In this document: positions 51,611-60,756 of the stretch, piece after piece
How the letters are laid out: each line of letters starts with the position of its first letter
How positions within the stretch are numbered: position 1 is the first letter of the stretch
Origin: a virus
Taxonomy: Duplodnaviria; Caudoviricetes
Length of the DNA: 64,000 bases
IMG/VR virus record: IMGVR_UViG_3300037808_002146
Reading direction: 5' to 3' (one strand)
Translations under genes and position numbers: made by a program
The notes under the pieces: generated by a model
Databases searched by the model: none
What the model was told of the DNA's origin: nothing
Seen by the model: only the letters and a program-made list of their open reading frames with translations

Positions 51611-53497
51611 CTAGATAATGTTCATGTCCAAGCATGTAACAGTACCATAAAAGTCGGAACGAACCATCTTCTTACCATAGCGAGTCATAACACCCTTACG
51701 TGGGGTGAAATCCTCTGGTGCGAAGATTGTTGGTGTAACAATCAAAGGTACATATGGGGCATAAACATAACCAGTCTCTAAGTAGCTACTACCCTTGAAA
51801 CCAACAAGGATCTTGTGGCGTGGGAAGTACGGGTCTTTGTAAACCGTGAAACGGCTTGAAAGAGTACCAACCTTTTCGGCTCCAAGAACCATTGGGCTAG
51901 CAACTTGACCATCGCTATCGAGTGAGAGAGCTGGCTTGTAAAGAACGCTTGCTTCCATAACGGTAGCAACTTCAGGGCTAACAACAATAAAGTTACCAGC
52001 ACCACGGAGTGTCTTTCTGTGAATCTCATTTGAAACATCAATGATAGTCTCGACGAGAGTCTCATACCACTCGCGAACAGTACCAGTAAAAGCTGGTCCC
52101 GGGCGAAGTGAAGATGCTCTTGAAATTGCTGCGCCTGTACGCTTGTTAACAAAGTTACCTGGTGAACGTGACCAGAAAAAGTTAGCAGCGCCAGCCTGAT
52201 TAAGAAGATCGCCAAGAATTTCACGATCAATCTCGAGTGCAACCTGCTCAGAAAGAATCTGAGTAAGTTCAACTTCAGCATCAAGGCTGTGATATGCATT
52301 CAAATCCTGTGCAAGTTCTGGTGACCACTTAGCGCGGAGCTTACGTGTCTGAGCCACAACCGATACTGACTCAATCTTGATGTCAATCTCTGGAATATCA
52401 CTATCGGAGCCAACTGGAAAGCCTGACTCAAAAGCTGGTGAAACAATAGTTGATAAATCGTCTTCGTTAGTACCAGCAGCCTGGACGTATTCAACAGCAA
52501 GGTGCTGATCAGCTAAATCGCCTAAGTCGGCCGCGACAATAGTACCCGAGCCCTGTGCAACTATCATAAGGATGTGGGAGTAATCGGAAGCACTCGCAAA
52601 ATCAGGAGTAAGCTCAGTAGCATCCCATGATTTAACAAGTCTGTTCAAACGACGAACGTTGAGGCAACCTTCACCAGCCTGAACAGCTGTCCCTGGATCG
52701 ACTAAAGGTGTGTTTTGAAGGGCTGTAGCTTCAAAAACAGTGACTTCACGAAGTAAGCTGACGTCAATGTCTGGAAAACACTCCTTTGGAATAGCCATGA
52801 GTGTAAAACCAGTACCACCTTCAATCAAAGACTCAATCTGTGGATCATGGCTGTAAAATGCCGCGTGAGCAGTCGTCAACTTCAAGTTTGCAGCTGTTTC
52901 GCCGTCAGTTGCTGCAAGACCAGGCTTGAAGACATTACCGATAGCAAGAGTATTCAAAGTTGCGTTAGAGGCTGTGCCAACATTCTTTTTACGAGCTCGT
53001 GAATAACCAGAACCAGCAAGGTCATACTGACCACCAACTGCTGAGGCTGCGCCATTCTTGCCAGGGTTAACTGGCTGGCCGTAAATTGAATTTTGGTCAC
53101 CATCATAAGCATTTTGCACCTTTGAGCCATTACCACCAAGGGTTGTACCATAAGTATAATCGAGGTAGAAGAGCAGTCCTGATGGAAGACTCATTGGCTG
53201 AATTGAAACTAGCTCATTAGCAATTAATGAACCGAATACGCGACGAACGATTGGAAATGCAATGTTCGTAAAACCACGAATGTCAGAGCTAGCTGGTGTA
53301 CCACCACCAAGGCTTGACGACTCGCGAAGGGCTTGACCTGCTTGGTTCTCCAAGAGGGTAGCCATGTTTTCGCGGTGGACACCTTCCATGCCGCGAAGGA
53401 GGCCAGTACGACCCCACTTTTCTAACAGTCGACGATTACCCTGGCCAACATTACGTGCCTTGATACCTTCCGTCAACGTATCTAATGAAAAACTCAT
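51611..53497 (-). CDS. major capsid protein (T4 gp23-like)
   Basis: LLEKW, LLENQ, FPIVRRVF...LVSIQPM..PSGLLFYL, TRKLRAKWSPELAQDLNAYHSLDAEVEL, EIDREI, YAPYVPL, P.KGVMTRY. Confidence 0.96.
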   Translation of the reverse strand: MSFSLDTLTEGIKARNVGQGNRRLLEKWGRTGLLRGMEGVHRENMATLLENQAGQALRESSSLGGGTPASSDIRGFTNIAFPIVRRVFGSLIANELVSIQPMSLPSGLLFYLDYTYGTTLGGNGSKVQNAYDGDQNSIYGQPVNPGKNGAASAVGGQYDLAGSGYSRARKKNVGTASNATLNTLAIGNVFKPGLAATDGETAANLKLTTAHAAFYSHDPQIESLIEGGTGFTLMAIPKECFPDIDVSLLREVTVFEATALQNTPLVDPGTAVQAGEGCLNVRRLNRLVKSWDATELTPDFASASDYSHILMIVAQGSGTIVAADLGDLADQHLAVEYVQAAGTNEDDLSTIVSPAFESGFPVGSDSDIPEIDIKIESVSVVAQTRKLRAKWSPELAQDLNAYHSLDAEVELTQILSEQVALEIDREILGDLLNQAGAANFFWSRSPGNFVNKRTGAAISRASSLRPGPAFTGTVREWYETLVETIIDVSNEIHRKTLRGAGNFIVVSPEVATVMEASVLYKPALSLDSDGQVASPMVLGAEKVGTLSSRFTVYKDPYFPRHKILVGFKGSSYLETGYVYAPYVPLIVTPTIFAPEDFTPRKGVMTRYGKKMVRSDFYGTVTCLDMNII

Positions 53498-53527
53498 TTT
53501 ATTTTTCTCCTTTTATTAAATAAATTG

Positions 53528-55099
53528 TTATCTCTTGATGCCAGCTAACGTTGCCCATCTTGATGCTACTGCGTCCTCATTTGGTGCGGCTGAGCCGCGA
53601 CGAGTTGGCTTACTAGCAGATGACAACAATCTTCGACGATCGGTTGACTCGTTAATAGTATTTTTCTTAACGAGAGATTTAGCAAGTCCCTGATATAGGA
53701 ACTTAGCTTCACGAATGGTCTTGGCATTATCAAGAGCCTCGACAATAGCACGCTGCTGCTTCTGCGTCACATTACGATTCTGCATCAGTTTATTCACATA
53801 TAAAAGCTTGGCGTTAAATAAGTTCATTTCTGTAAGTTGCTTTTGCAACTTCTTGTTTTCTGTTTGTAATTTTGCAACCTGTCGCTGTGAGCGACGAGCT
53901 GAAAAACGTCGTCGGCGTGACTCAACGGTTGGAGCAGACGCTGGGACTGTTCCAAGTTCGTCGGCAAGAGCGTTAATAAGATCATCTTCGTCTACGTCGA
54001 CAAACATATCACCCTCTTCTTCGCCACCACCAAACTGATCAGCCATATCAGATGCTTCGCCTTCGCGCAATTTTCTAAGACGCTTGATTTCACGGCGAAG
54101 AATATTTTCGTCAATTTCGTAAACTTCGTCTACGTCACCTTCGTCAGCATCTTCATCGTCACCTTCATGCATCTCATCATATTCGCCAAGATCGATTTCA
54201 TCTTCTTCAGCTTCTTCGTCTCCGCCTTCTCCACCACCGACTTCAACGTCGAGGCCGAGGGCCGATCCTAAGTCTTCAAGAGCAGAAGATGCTGCATCGA
54301 CATCGACATCAGCGGCGTCAGCTTCAGCTTCAACCTCATCGTCTTCTTCGCGCATTTCTTCCATTTCTTCCATTTCTTCCATTTCGTCCATTCCTTCATC
54401 GCTCATCTCATCAATTTCGAAAAGTCGGCGAAAGATGGCACTGCTTCTTCTAGTCATTTTCTTAATCTCCTTTATCATGTCTTTATAAGAAGTAGTTAAT
54501 TCGTTGTTGTTTGCTCCCTCTTTGAGGAGCAGCCTCTTAATCAACAAAGCCTCAGAAAGCAATTCCTGATATGCTTTTTTTATCAGTGTCCGTTGCGTTT
54601 CCACTAGCTTATTGAACTGGAGGCCTTGAAGCATTGCATCCATCCTTTTCGCCCGGCGTCTTAAGGAATTACAGTTTTCCGAAAGATTTACTTTGCCTGA
54701 CAGTGTGGTTGAACGAGTGTTTTTGCTTAAAATGCGGTTCCGACCGCGACCTTCAGCAACGGAAATATTAACGTCTCCCTGTGCATTTACCACCACAGAC
54801 GTATTTTCGTATTCCGTCTCGTTTTCGGGTGCAGGGGGTTCCAATAGTTCTTCGGGGAGGGGAGATTCTAAATCAACAGAAATTTCCTCTTCCTCAGGTG
54901 AGTCATCCATCATGGCGATATCGACGCCAGTTAACTCATCGTCAACTAGATCATCTTGTTCTCCTATGATTTGCGCTTCTATCAAAGCCTTGATTCTTGG
55001 CGTAACCGCGTCAATAATTCGGTTCTTAGCATTTTGCTCTGCCATTTCTCTAAGTTGCTTTGCTTCCGCGATTGCTTGTTCGTATAGATTACTTGTCAT
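53528..55099 (-). CDS. prohead core scaffolding protein (gp22-like)
   Basis: Highly acidic, coiled-coil, directly upstream of the capsid gene. C-terminal LTEMNLFNAKLLYVNKL, ALDNAKT.REAK. Confidence 0.8.
   Translation of the reverse strand: MTSNLYEQAIAEAKQLREMAEQNAKNRIIDAVTPRIKALIEAQIIGEQDDLVDDELTGVDIAMMDDSPEEEEISVDLESPLPEELLEPPAPENETEYENTSVVVNAQGDVNISVAEGRGRNRILSKNTRSTTLSGKVNLSENCNSLRRRAKRMDAMLQGLQFNKLVETQRTLIKKAYQELLSEALLIKRLLLKEGANNNELTTSYKDMIKEIKKMTRRSSAIFRRLFEIDEMSDEGMDEMEEMEEMEEMREEDDEVEAEADAADVDVDAASSALEDLGSALGLDVEVGGGEGGDEEAEEDEIDLGEYDEMHEGDDEDADEGDVDEVYEIDENILRREIKRLRKLREGEASDMADQFGGGEEEGDMFVDVDEDDLINALADELGTVPASAPTVESRRRRFSARRSQRQVAKLQTENKKLQKQLTEMNLFNAKLLYVNKLMQNRNVTQKQQRAIVEALDNAKTIREAKFLYQGLAKSLVKKNTINESTDRRRLLSSASKPTRRGSAAPNEDAVASRWATLAGIKR
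54353..54397. repeat. 9-bp tandem repeat (catttcttc x3 plus two degenerate copies) encoding the Glu/Met-rich (EEM)n stretch in the scaffold
   Basis: Read directly from the sequence. Confidence 0.85.
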
Positions 55100-55188
55100 A
55101 ACACCACCTAATGATCTACTAAACGGTAAATATCGATTAGAAAGTTAAATTTACCATTTCTCAATTATTTTACTTAAAAAAAATGAAA

Positions 55189-55734
55189 TTATTCATCTTC
55201 TAACATTTTTCTAATTACCATCCTAACACGCTTTAAAGGTAGTTCCTCATCTTCCAATTCTATATCAGAAAAGTGAATATCTCTATCAGCTCCTAAGGAA
55301 ACGTGCGGATGGCTATATCCTATCGTACTACCGGTCTGCTGTAAACTGCCAGGTGAAATCGCTTTAGGAGAGCCAACTCCACCACCTACTTGAATTCTTT
55401 TTTTATATATTCCAGGCATAGGAGAAATGCTAGTACCGACAGCTTCTCCTAACTTCGTATTCCCAGCAGCATAATAAAAGGGATCAGTCCCCTTCATAGC
55501 TAAATAATCACTGGCTAAATATCCGCCAATGACTTTCCTTAACTTATCTTGCATTTCTATCGGGATATCAGCTATATCTTCGTCTTTGTACTCATCATCT
55601 TCCTTATACGGAAAAGAATTAACAGCTTGACGATCTTTATGAAATCTAGGTTTTAGTTGGCCATAACCGAGTCCCGCCCGATCATCCGGGCGGGAACCAT
55701 GGGCTAAATTGCCAAGGGAGGCAGGTTGGGTCAT
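55189..55734 (-). CDS. hypothetical head-region protein (181 aa)
   Basis: In the protease-scaffold block; C-terminal RVRMVIRKMLEDE. Confidence 0.7.
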   Translation of the reverse strand: MTQPASLGNLAHGSRPDDRAGLGYGQLKPRFHKDRQAVNSFPYKEDDEYKDEDIADIPIEMQDKLRKVIGGYLASDYLAMKGTDPFYYAAGNTKLGEAVGTSISPMPGIYKKRIQVGGGVGSPKAISPGSLQQTGSTIGYSHPHVSLGADRDIHFSDIELEDEELPLKRVRMVIRKMLEDE

Positions 55735-55737
55735 CGA

Positions 55738-56214
55738 TTAGTTGCCGATGCCTATACCAAACTTATAATCTCCAAGGGTATGTCGGGCAGATCTTTCGGA
55801 AGTACCTTTTGGATTCTCTAAAGCACCAACACCAACGCCTGGCGTCGATGATGGAGTTTGACCAAAACCGGCTGGCGGGTCTGCTTGATCGCTTGGATCC
55901 ATAGAGCCCTCTCCCGGGGAAACTGGGTTTGGAACATACGGACTGGCTGGCAATCCACCACCTCCAGTTTTTACTTCTTCCATGTTTGGCGCATCTGAAT
56001 AATCTCTATTCAATGTACCGAATGTGTGTCCTTCATCGTTAACGACTCCGTCTAAAGCTAGTTCTTGGTACATAGCTCTAACACCAGCGTCGGTTAGTTC
56101 GAAAGTTGGGGTTCCTGGAAATGTTGTTCGAAGAGATTGATCATCTCTTGCGCCAAGCGAGCGGGAACTAGGGGCCCCCTTGATTTCAACAACACTTTGA
56201 GTGTGAGTAGGCAT
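55738..56214 (-). CDS. hypothetical Pro/Gly-rich head-region protein (158 aa)
   Basis: AGGAGA RBS, coupled to its neighbours. Confidence 0.7.
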   Translation of the reverse strand: MPTHTQSVVEIKGAPSSRSLGARDDQSLRTTFPGTPTFELTDAGVRAMYQELALDGVVNDEGHTFGTLNRDYSDAPNMEEVKTGGGGLPASPYVPNPVSPGEGSMDPSDQADPPAGFGQTPSSTPGVGVGALENPKGTSERSARHTLGDYKFGIGIGN

Positions 56215-56223
56215 ATTTTCTCC

Positions 56224-56502
56224 TTATTTAGAAAGTTTTTTCAACAGAACTTTTTTACTCTCTATAATTCTCTTTAACTTTCTTCGTACTTTAGTTTCCT
56301 GAATCTTTAAGACCTTGAGGTGATCTAAATCTTTCTCAAGAGCAGAAGCTAAATCCTTAGCTTCAACCTCTTCAGCATCGACTTTTTCGGCATCGACCTT
56401 ACCTTGCTCTAAAGTTTCGGAAATAGAATTTCTTTCTTCTCGAATCATTCTTCGAAGAACTCTAGGAGTTAACTTAATTGACTTTTTCATAACTTGCTCC
56501 AA
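56224..56502 (-). CDS. hypothetical head-region protein (about 90 aa; true start may be ATG 56490)
   Basis: LTPRVLRRMIREE motif, charged helical sequence. Confidence 0.7.
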   Translation of the reverse strand: MEQVMKKSIKLTPRVLRRMIREERNSISETLEQGKVDAEKVDAEEVEAKDLASALEKDLDHLKVLKIQETKVRRKLKRIIESKKVLLKKLSK

Positions 56503-56518
56503 AAAACAGTTTATATTA

Positions 56519-56929
56519 TTATTTATGTTGCCCGGGGAGTTTCTTTTCAGAAAATGCTAAAGTTGCCCAATTGTTTGCCGCTTCTCCGAAAAGTTCTGTC
56601 GGTTCTGATCGGTCAACATTTCTCGAGACACTATCACTAGCAACCACCCGGGGGTTTCTCTCGGCTGAGGTTTGTTCTTGCAAAGTAGTTTTAGCAGTGT
56701 CAGCGAATATTGATTGCATCAAAGGATCATCCGTCATATTTTTTATAGTTTCCGGAATAACGTCTTCTTTGATGATCCTTTTTTTGTTTGCTCTAGGAAC
56801 TGCTTTTCTAGGCTTTGCTTTTTTAGATTCTTCAATTTGGTTACTAGCACCAACTAAACCTTCGCTTAAAATTTCTACCAAGCATTCTTTAACTAAGCTT
56901 TTTAATATAGTTCTACTTACTTTAGCCAT
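56519..56929 (-). CDS. hypothetical head-region protein (136 aa)
   Basis: LKSLVKECLVEILSEG motif; DPLMQSIFADTA; WATLAF. Confidence 0.72.
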   Translation of the reverse strand: MAKVSRTILKSLVKECLVEILSEGLVGASNQIEESKKAKPRKAVPRANKKRIIKEDVIPETIKNMTDDPLMQSIFADTAKTTLQEQTSAERNPRVVASDSVSRNVDRSEPTELFGEAANNWATLAFSEKKLPGQHK

Positions 56930-57300
56930 TACGCACCTACTATCCCAGCTAAACCAGTAATATCTGGAAAATCTGCAGCACTTATGTTAGTGAGGCCAGC
57001 TAAAATATTGACTTCTTTACCACCGGCATGGGTAACCCAAATAGACTTCACCTTCAGCTCTAACCGGGGTGATATTGTTGCAGGCGGTATTTTAATGTAT
57101 TGGCTATTACCATTTCCGGTAGCAGAGAACGCAATTTGTACCACAGTGTCAGACGGGTTAGAGATAACAATGTAACGAGTAACATAGGGAAAGTCTACTT
57201 TGGTGTTACTAGCAGCTACTAACTCTTGCAACCAAGGAATAGAACTAGACTGATACTCGGCAACATGACCGTGATGTGGTTTTGCAGTATCTAAAGGCAT
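56929..57300 (-). CDS. beta-rich virion protein (start revised to ATG 57300)
   Basis: TAATG coupling to the protease gene; FPYVTRYIVISN, RLELKVKSIW. Confidence 0.6.
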   Translation of the reverse strand: MPLDTAKPHHGHVAEYQSSSIPWLQELVAASNTKVDFPYVTRYIVISNPSDTVVQIAFSATGNGNSQYIKIPPATISPRLELKVKSIWVTHAGGKEVNILAGLTNISAADFPDITGLAGIVGA

Positions 57301-57908
57301 TATTCTTCCTCCCATGATAAAATATCGTTAAAAACTCTATCTACCCTATCAGACTTGTTAAAAAAAGTATTCAATTCAGCCTCGCTTATTTCCTTACCTT
57401 CATTCATCATAAAAGCACCAGGGGTGGATGGTTCTGAGACAAAATCCCAACATATTAATTGAAAGTCATCTTGAACTACCTGGTGATCACCTGTTCTCTT
57501 TGTGGAGCCAACCCCACGAGAGGAAATACCTAAAGTTACGTTAGATTCAACTAAGCTTTGAAGTATTTTGCCTGCTGGGGTATCGAGCAACTCGACACTG
57601 CCATAACAAACATCTCCATCCATATAAGCTTCGCGGACAATATGAGATACATTTTTTAACTCAACAACGCTACTATCTGGATGATCGCATTCTCCTAAAG
57701 CTCTATTTTCTTGAATGAATTTTTGATAATTTCTGACTTCTCTTTCTAAGATTGGTTTAGGATACACTCGACCATTTTGGTTTAAAGTTCCAGACTTTTG
57801 TAATACACCTTTTAGAATAACTTTACCGTTATTCTCTAATCTTGATTCGTTTACCATCTCAGGCGAATACTCAAACTGTGACCAATTCGTAAGTAGTTTT
57901 TTGCTCAT
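57300..57908 (-). CDS. prohead core protease (T4 gp21-like)
   Basis: NQNGRVYP, catalytic His in LGECDHP, catalytic Ser in LGISSRGVGS, WDFVSEPSTPGA. Confidence 0.93.
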   Translation of the reverse strand: MSKKLLTNWSQFEYSPEMVNESRLENNGKVILKGVLQKSGTLNQNGRVYPKPILEREVRNYQKFIQENRALGECDHPDSSVVELKNVSHIVREAYMDGDVCYGSVELLDTPAGKILQSLVESNVTLGISSRGVGSTKRTGDHQVVQDDFQLICWDFVSEPSTPGAFMMNEGKEISEAELNTFFNKSDRVDRVFNDILSWEEE

Positions 57909-57909
57909 T

Positions 57910-58743
57910 TTATCCCCTTAACTCGCTACTAAGTTTCATAATTGTTAAATACCTTGAAACAACTCCGTCATCAATATTTTTTGTTGGTAAATTTTCAATT
58001 TTTTCGGTAACTAAAGAAATTTTAGATTTAACTATATCGCTATCGCATGTTAGGGCGTATTCTTTTAGTTCCTGTAAGCATGCGCTTTTCCTATTTTGAA
58101 AAACACTAGAGATGTTTCCCTCTTTTCCAATTGAAAATACATAGTCTTGTAAAAGGCTAGCTTGCTCAGGCAAAAGCTCATTAGTAAAAGACTCATTGAA
58201 TTTCTTAGTCATAATGCTAACTGTTAAATTATCTACATCCTGAGTTTTTAACTCTTTTAAATTTTGAAATTTCTTCTCTTGTAAGAGCCAACCATGGAGT
58301 TTAGACTCGTATACCGCTTGGGTATCTATATCTGGCTCGTCGTTTCTCCAACTCTCTAACAAGCGCTGTATAGTGGCCAAAGACTTATAGCTTAAGACCC
58401 TTTGGGAGTAAAACTTAGGATCATTAAAGGCGTAGTTTATTTCGTGTATTAGAGATGATTTCTCTTTGTACAGTTTTTCTGAATTAAACTTTTTTGCCTC
58501 CGTTTTTGCTTCTCCAATTATTCTTGTTGCCAAACTTTCAGAAGGTATCGTAGTGCTATATAGAGCATTAAACAAGCGGTACTCCCTATATAATTCTGTT
58601 CCTGGCTTGAAGTATTTGTTGGTTATTTTTAAAACTTTAGTTGCTTTATTTTGATCATTCTCTACTAGCGCAGTAGAGGCGTATTTTACTAATTGTTCAA
58701 AAATTATACCAACATTTCTTTTTTTGTTGTGAGTCTTTGGCAT
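57910..58743 (-). CDS. conserved head-region hypothetical protein (start likely ATG 58743)
   Basis: HNKKRNVGIIFEQL; helical; between portal and protease; GAAGGAG RBS. Confidence 0.7.
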   Translation of the reverse strand: MPKTHNKKRNVGIIFEQLVKYASTALVENDQNKATKVLKITNKYFKPGTELYREYRLFNALYSTTIPSESLATRIIGEAKTEAKKFNSEKLYKEKSSLIHEINYAFNDPKFYSQRVLSYKSLATIQRLLESWRNDEPDIDTQAVYESKLHGWLLQEKKFQNLKELKTQDVDNLTVSIMTKKFNESFTNELLPEQASLLQDYVFSIGKEGNISSVFQNRKSACLQELKEYALTCDSDIVKSKISLVTEKIENLPTKNIDDGVVSRYLTIMKLSSELRG

Positions 58744-58762
58744 TATATCTCCTTCGTCAAAT

Positions 58763-60709
58763 TTAACTCGAACCCTCATCTAAGTCGGGTTCAGTTGAGT
58801 CGCTTAACTCATTTAAAACTATTTTTTTATTACTAAGTAGTCCAGATTTATCGATATTTCTTAAAATGTTTAAGATATCGGATGACATCACTGGGCCAGT
58901 CGTGGTTTTTGTATCTAATTCTCTTTCAAAAGCTTCGAAAGAATTTAGCTGTTTCCTATTGTAGGGTTGCCGCATAGAATCTTGAGGTCGCTTATTCATC
59001 GTCATATCACCAAAATTTGGCATATGAGCCGAAGCTGCTGTTTTTTTATTTTTAGCTGGTTTCATCTCTTGACCCCAGACATTTTTCATCTTTGCTTGAG
59101 CTTTTAACGGAGCGTCTTCGTCATCCATCGATAGAATTAAATCGTCGTCTTCGTCGTCGTCAGCTTCTTTAAATGTAGAAACGCCTGAATCAGATAATTG
59201 AATTGGAGTGTCAGTCATTAGATTATCAGGATTATTTAGATCTACATCAAAAAGACCACCCCCTTCATCATCATCACCGCCACTATCATCAGAGTCACCT
59301 CCACCAGCTTCGCCACCTGAAGACTCTAATTCCGCGTCGTCATCTTTATCTTTCTTTAGACCCTCGAGTACGCCTTCAATTTGATCGTCAGTTAAACCTA
59401 ATACGTTTTTTCTAACCCACGTTTTATCAAGCATACCTTCTGGAACTTTACCAGCAATATCAAAACGAGTACTAATTAATTCCAACTTTTGGAGTTGTGC
59501 AACTGAAGATGGGTTGGAAAGCCTTAGTTCAAAATCTAAAAGCTCTTCTCCATCATATCCATGAGAGTATAAATGAACCATAGCTAGTTTGTTCAACTCA
59601 GAAATAACGGTTTTTTGTATTCTTTGAACCGATCTAGAAAACCGAATATCCTCTTGAGCCAATGTTGCCTTAGAACCAATGTCTTCGTCGTAGCCCAAAT
59701 ATGCTTTTGGTATTTTCAATGCTGCAAATAGTTTCTTTTGAATATACTCTACGTCTTCTATCGCTGTTGCATTTTGACCGCCCGCAAGTGTATCAATCCT
59801 TGTGCCACTATCACCACCTCTAACTGGTATATAATAGTCTTCGTCAACAGCCATCGGATTATATCTTAGATCTGATTGGCCTGATTGGCTGCTTGTTACT
59901 ACGCTCTTCTTCAGGGCGCTTTTTGCTTGTTCGACGTAATTTGATACATCTTCCGGGGGAACATTACCAACATCAATATAGAAAACTCTTCTTTCAGGCG
60001 CTCGAATAATTCTATAAACTAACATAGCATCTTCTATTAAAATTAGCTGGCGCCATATTCTTCTAGCTGACTCTAAAACAGACGTTCCATAAGGTAAAAA
60101 TGCATCATTCGCTAGTAGTCTGAAGTGTGAAACCTGCCAATTTTCCAATATAGCATTGCCTTGAGTTATCCAACGAAACCTAACAGCTGCTGGATTGTCG
60201 GGATCAAACCCTTCTTCTCGTTCAATCTCAGTTATCGGTATTGGATATGCATTAATGACGCCATATTCTGGATGCACATCGTTGAATAGAAAGAAGTCGC
60301 CATACTTGACTAAATTTCTAACCCACATCACAAGATTAAATTCAACGTTTATCGTATCATGAAATAGCGTACTAAGCAATTCTTGTTTTTGAGAATCGTC
60401 AGAATAGATGTGCAAACAGCGGCCATGTTCGTCGGACGATACAGTCTCTTCGGAATAGATATCTAGCGCTGAAGCTAACTCGGGCGTTGCTTCCATTTCG
60501 CTAAAATCGCTGTATCGAGCCATTCTATCAAAAGAACCATAAGCGCTTAAAGTACTATTATATATATCGCTGTGAGCCCTCTTAAAAAGATCAGCTGCAG
60601 TTGATTTAGAGCCGCCTGTTTTAGCGGTTTTAATCTTCCTCTTGACTACCGGACCGGTCCTAAATAGTCTAGTTAACTTTTGAAATAAATTTTTTTCTTT
60701 TTCTGCCAT
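58763..60709 (-). CDS. portal protein (T4 gp20-like)
   Basis: MEATPELASALDIY.EE, LVKYGDFF, LESARRIWRQL.LIEDAMLVYRI.RAPERRVFYIDVGNVPP, EDYYIPVRG, IDTLAGG, ALKIPK.YL. Confidence 0.95.
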   Translation of the reverse strand: MAEKEKNLFQKLTRLFRTGPVVKRKIKTAKTGGSKSTAADLFKRAHSDIYNSTLSAYGSFDRMARYSDFSEMEATPELASALDIYSEETVSSDEHGRCLHIYSDDSQKQELLSTLFHDTINVEFNLVMWVRNLVKYGDFFLFNDVHPEYGVINAYPIPITEIEREEGFDPDNPAAVRFRWITQGNAILENWQVSHFRLLANDAFLPYGTSVLESARRIWRQLILIEDAMLVYRIIRAPERRVFYIDVGNVPPEDVSNYVEQAKSALKKSVVTSSQSGQSDLRYNPMAVDEDYYIPVRGGDSGTRIDTLAGGQNATAIEDVEYIQKKLFAALKIPKAYLGYDEDIGSKATLAQEDIRFSRSVQRIQKTVISELNKLAMVHLYSHGYDGEELLDFELRLSNPSSVAQLQKLELISTRFDIAGKVPEGMLDKTWVRKNVLGLTDDQIEGVLEGLKKDKDDDAELESSGGEAGGGDSDDSGGDDDEGGGLFDVDLNNPDNLMTDTPIQLSDSGVSTFKEADDDEDDDLILSMDDEDAPLKAQAKMKNVWGQEMKPAKNKKTAASAHMPNFGDMTMNKRPQDSMRQPYNRKQLNSFEAFERELDTKTTTGPVMSSDILNILRNIDKSGLLSNKKIVLNELSDSTEPDLDEGSS

Positions 60710-60756
60710 ATTTTTGCTCTATGCTATAATATTAGAATCATAGCTTTCTTTAAAAT

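Noticed and set aside
40565-53751. Short alternative-frame minus-strand ORFs inside sheath, capsid and scaffold genes (e.g. 40565-40759, 45176-45364, 51778-52299, 53566-53751)
   Set aside because: They are nested in highly codon-biased structural genes and lack RBSs and motifs; they are by-products of codon bias.
58763-59400. Acidic, Gly-rich low-complexity tail of the portal protein as a separate element
   Set aside because: It is in frame with no repeat unit or internal start and looks like a disordered extension.
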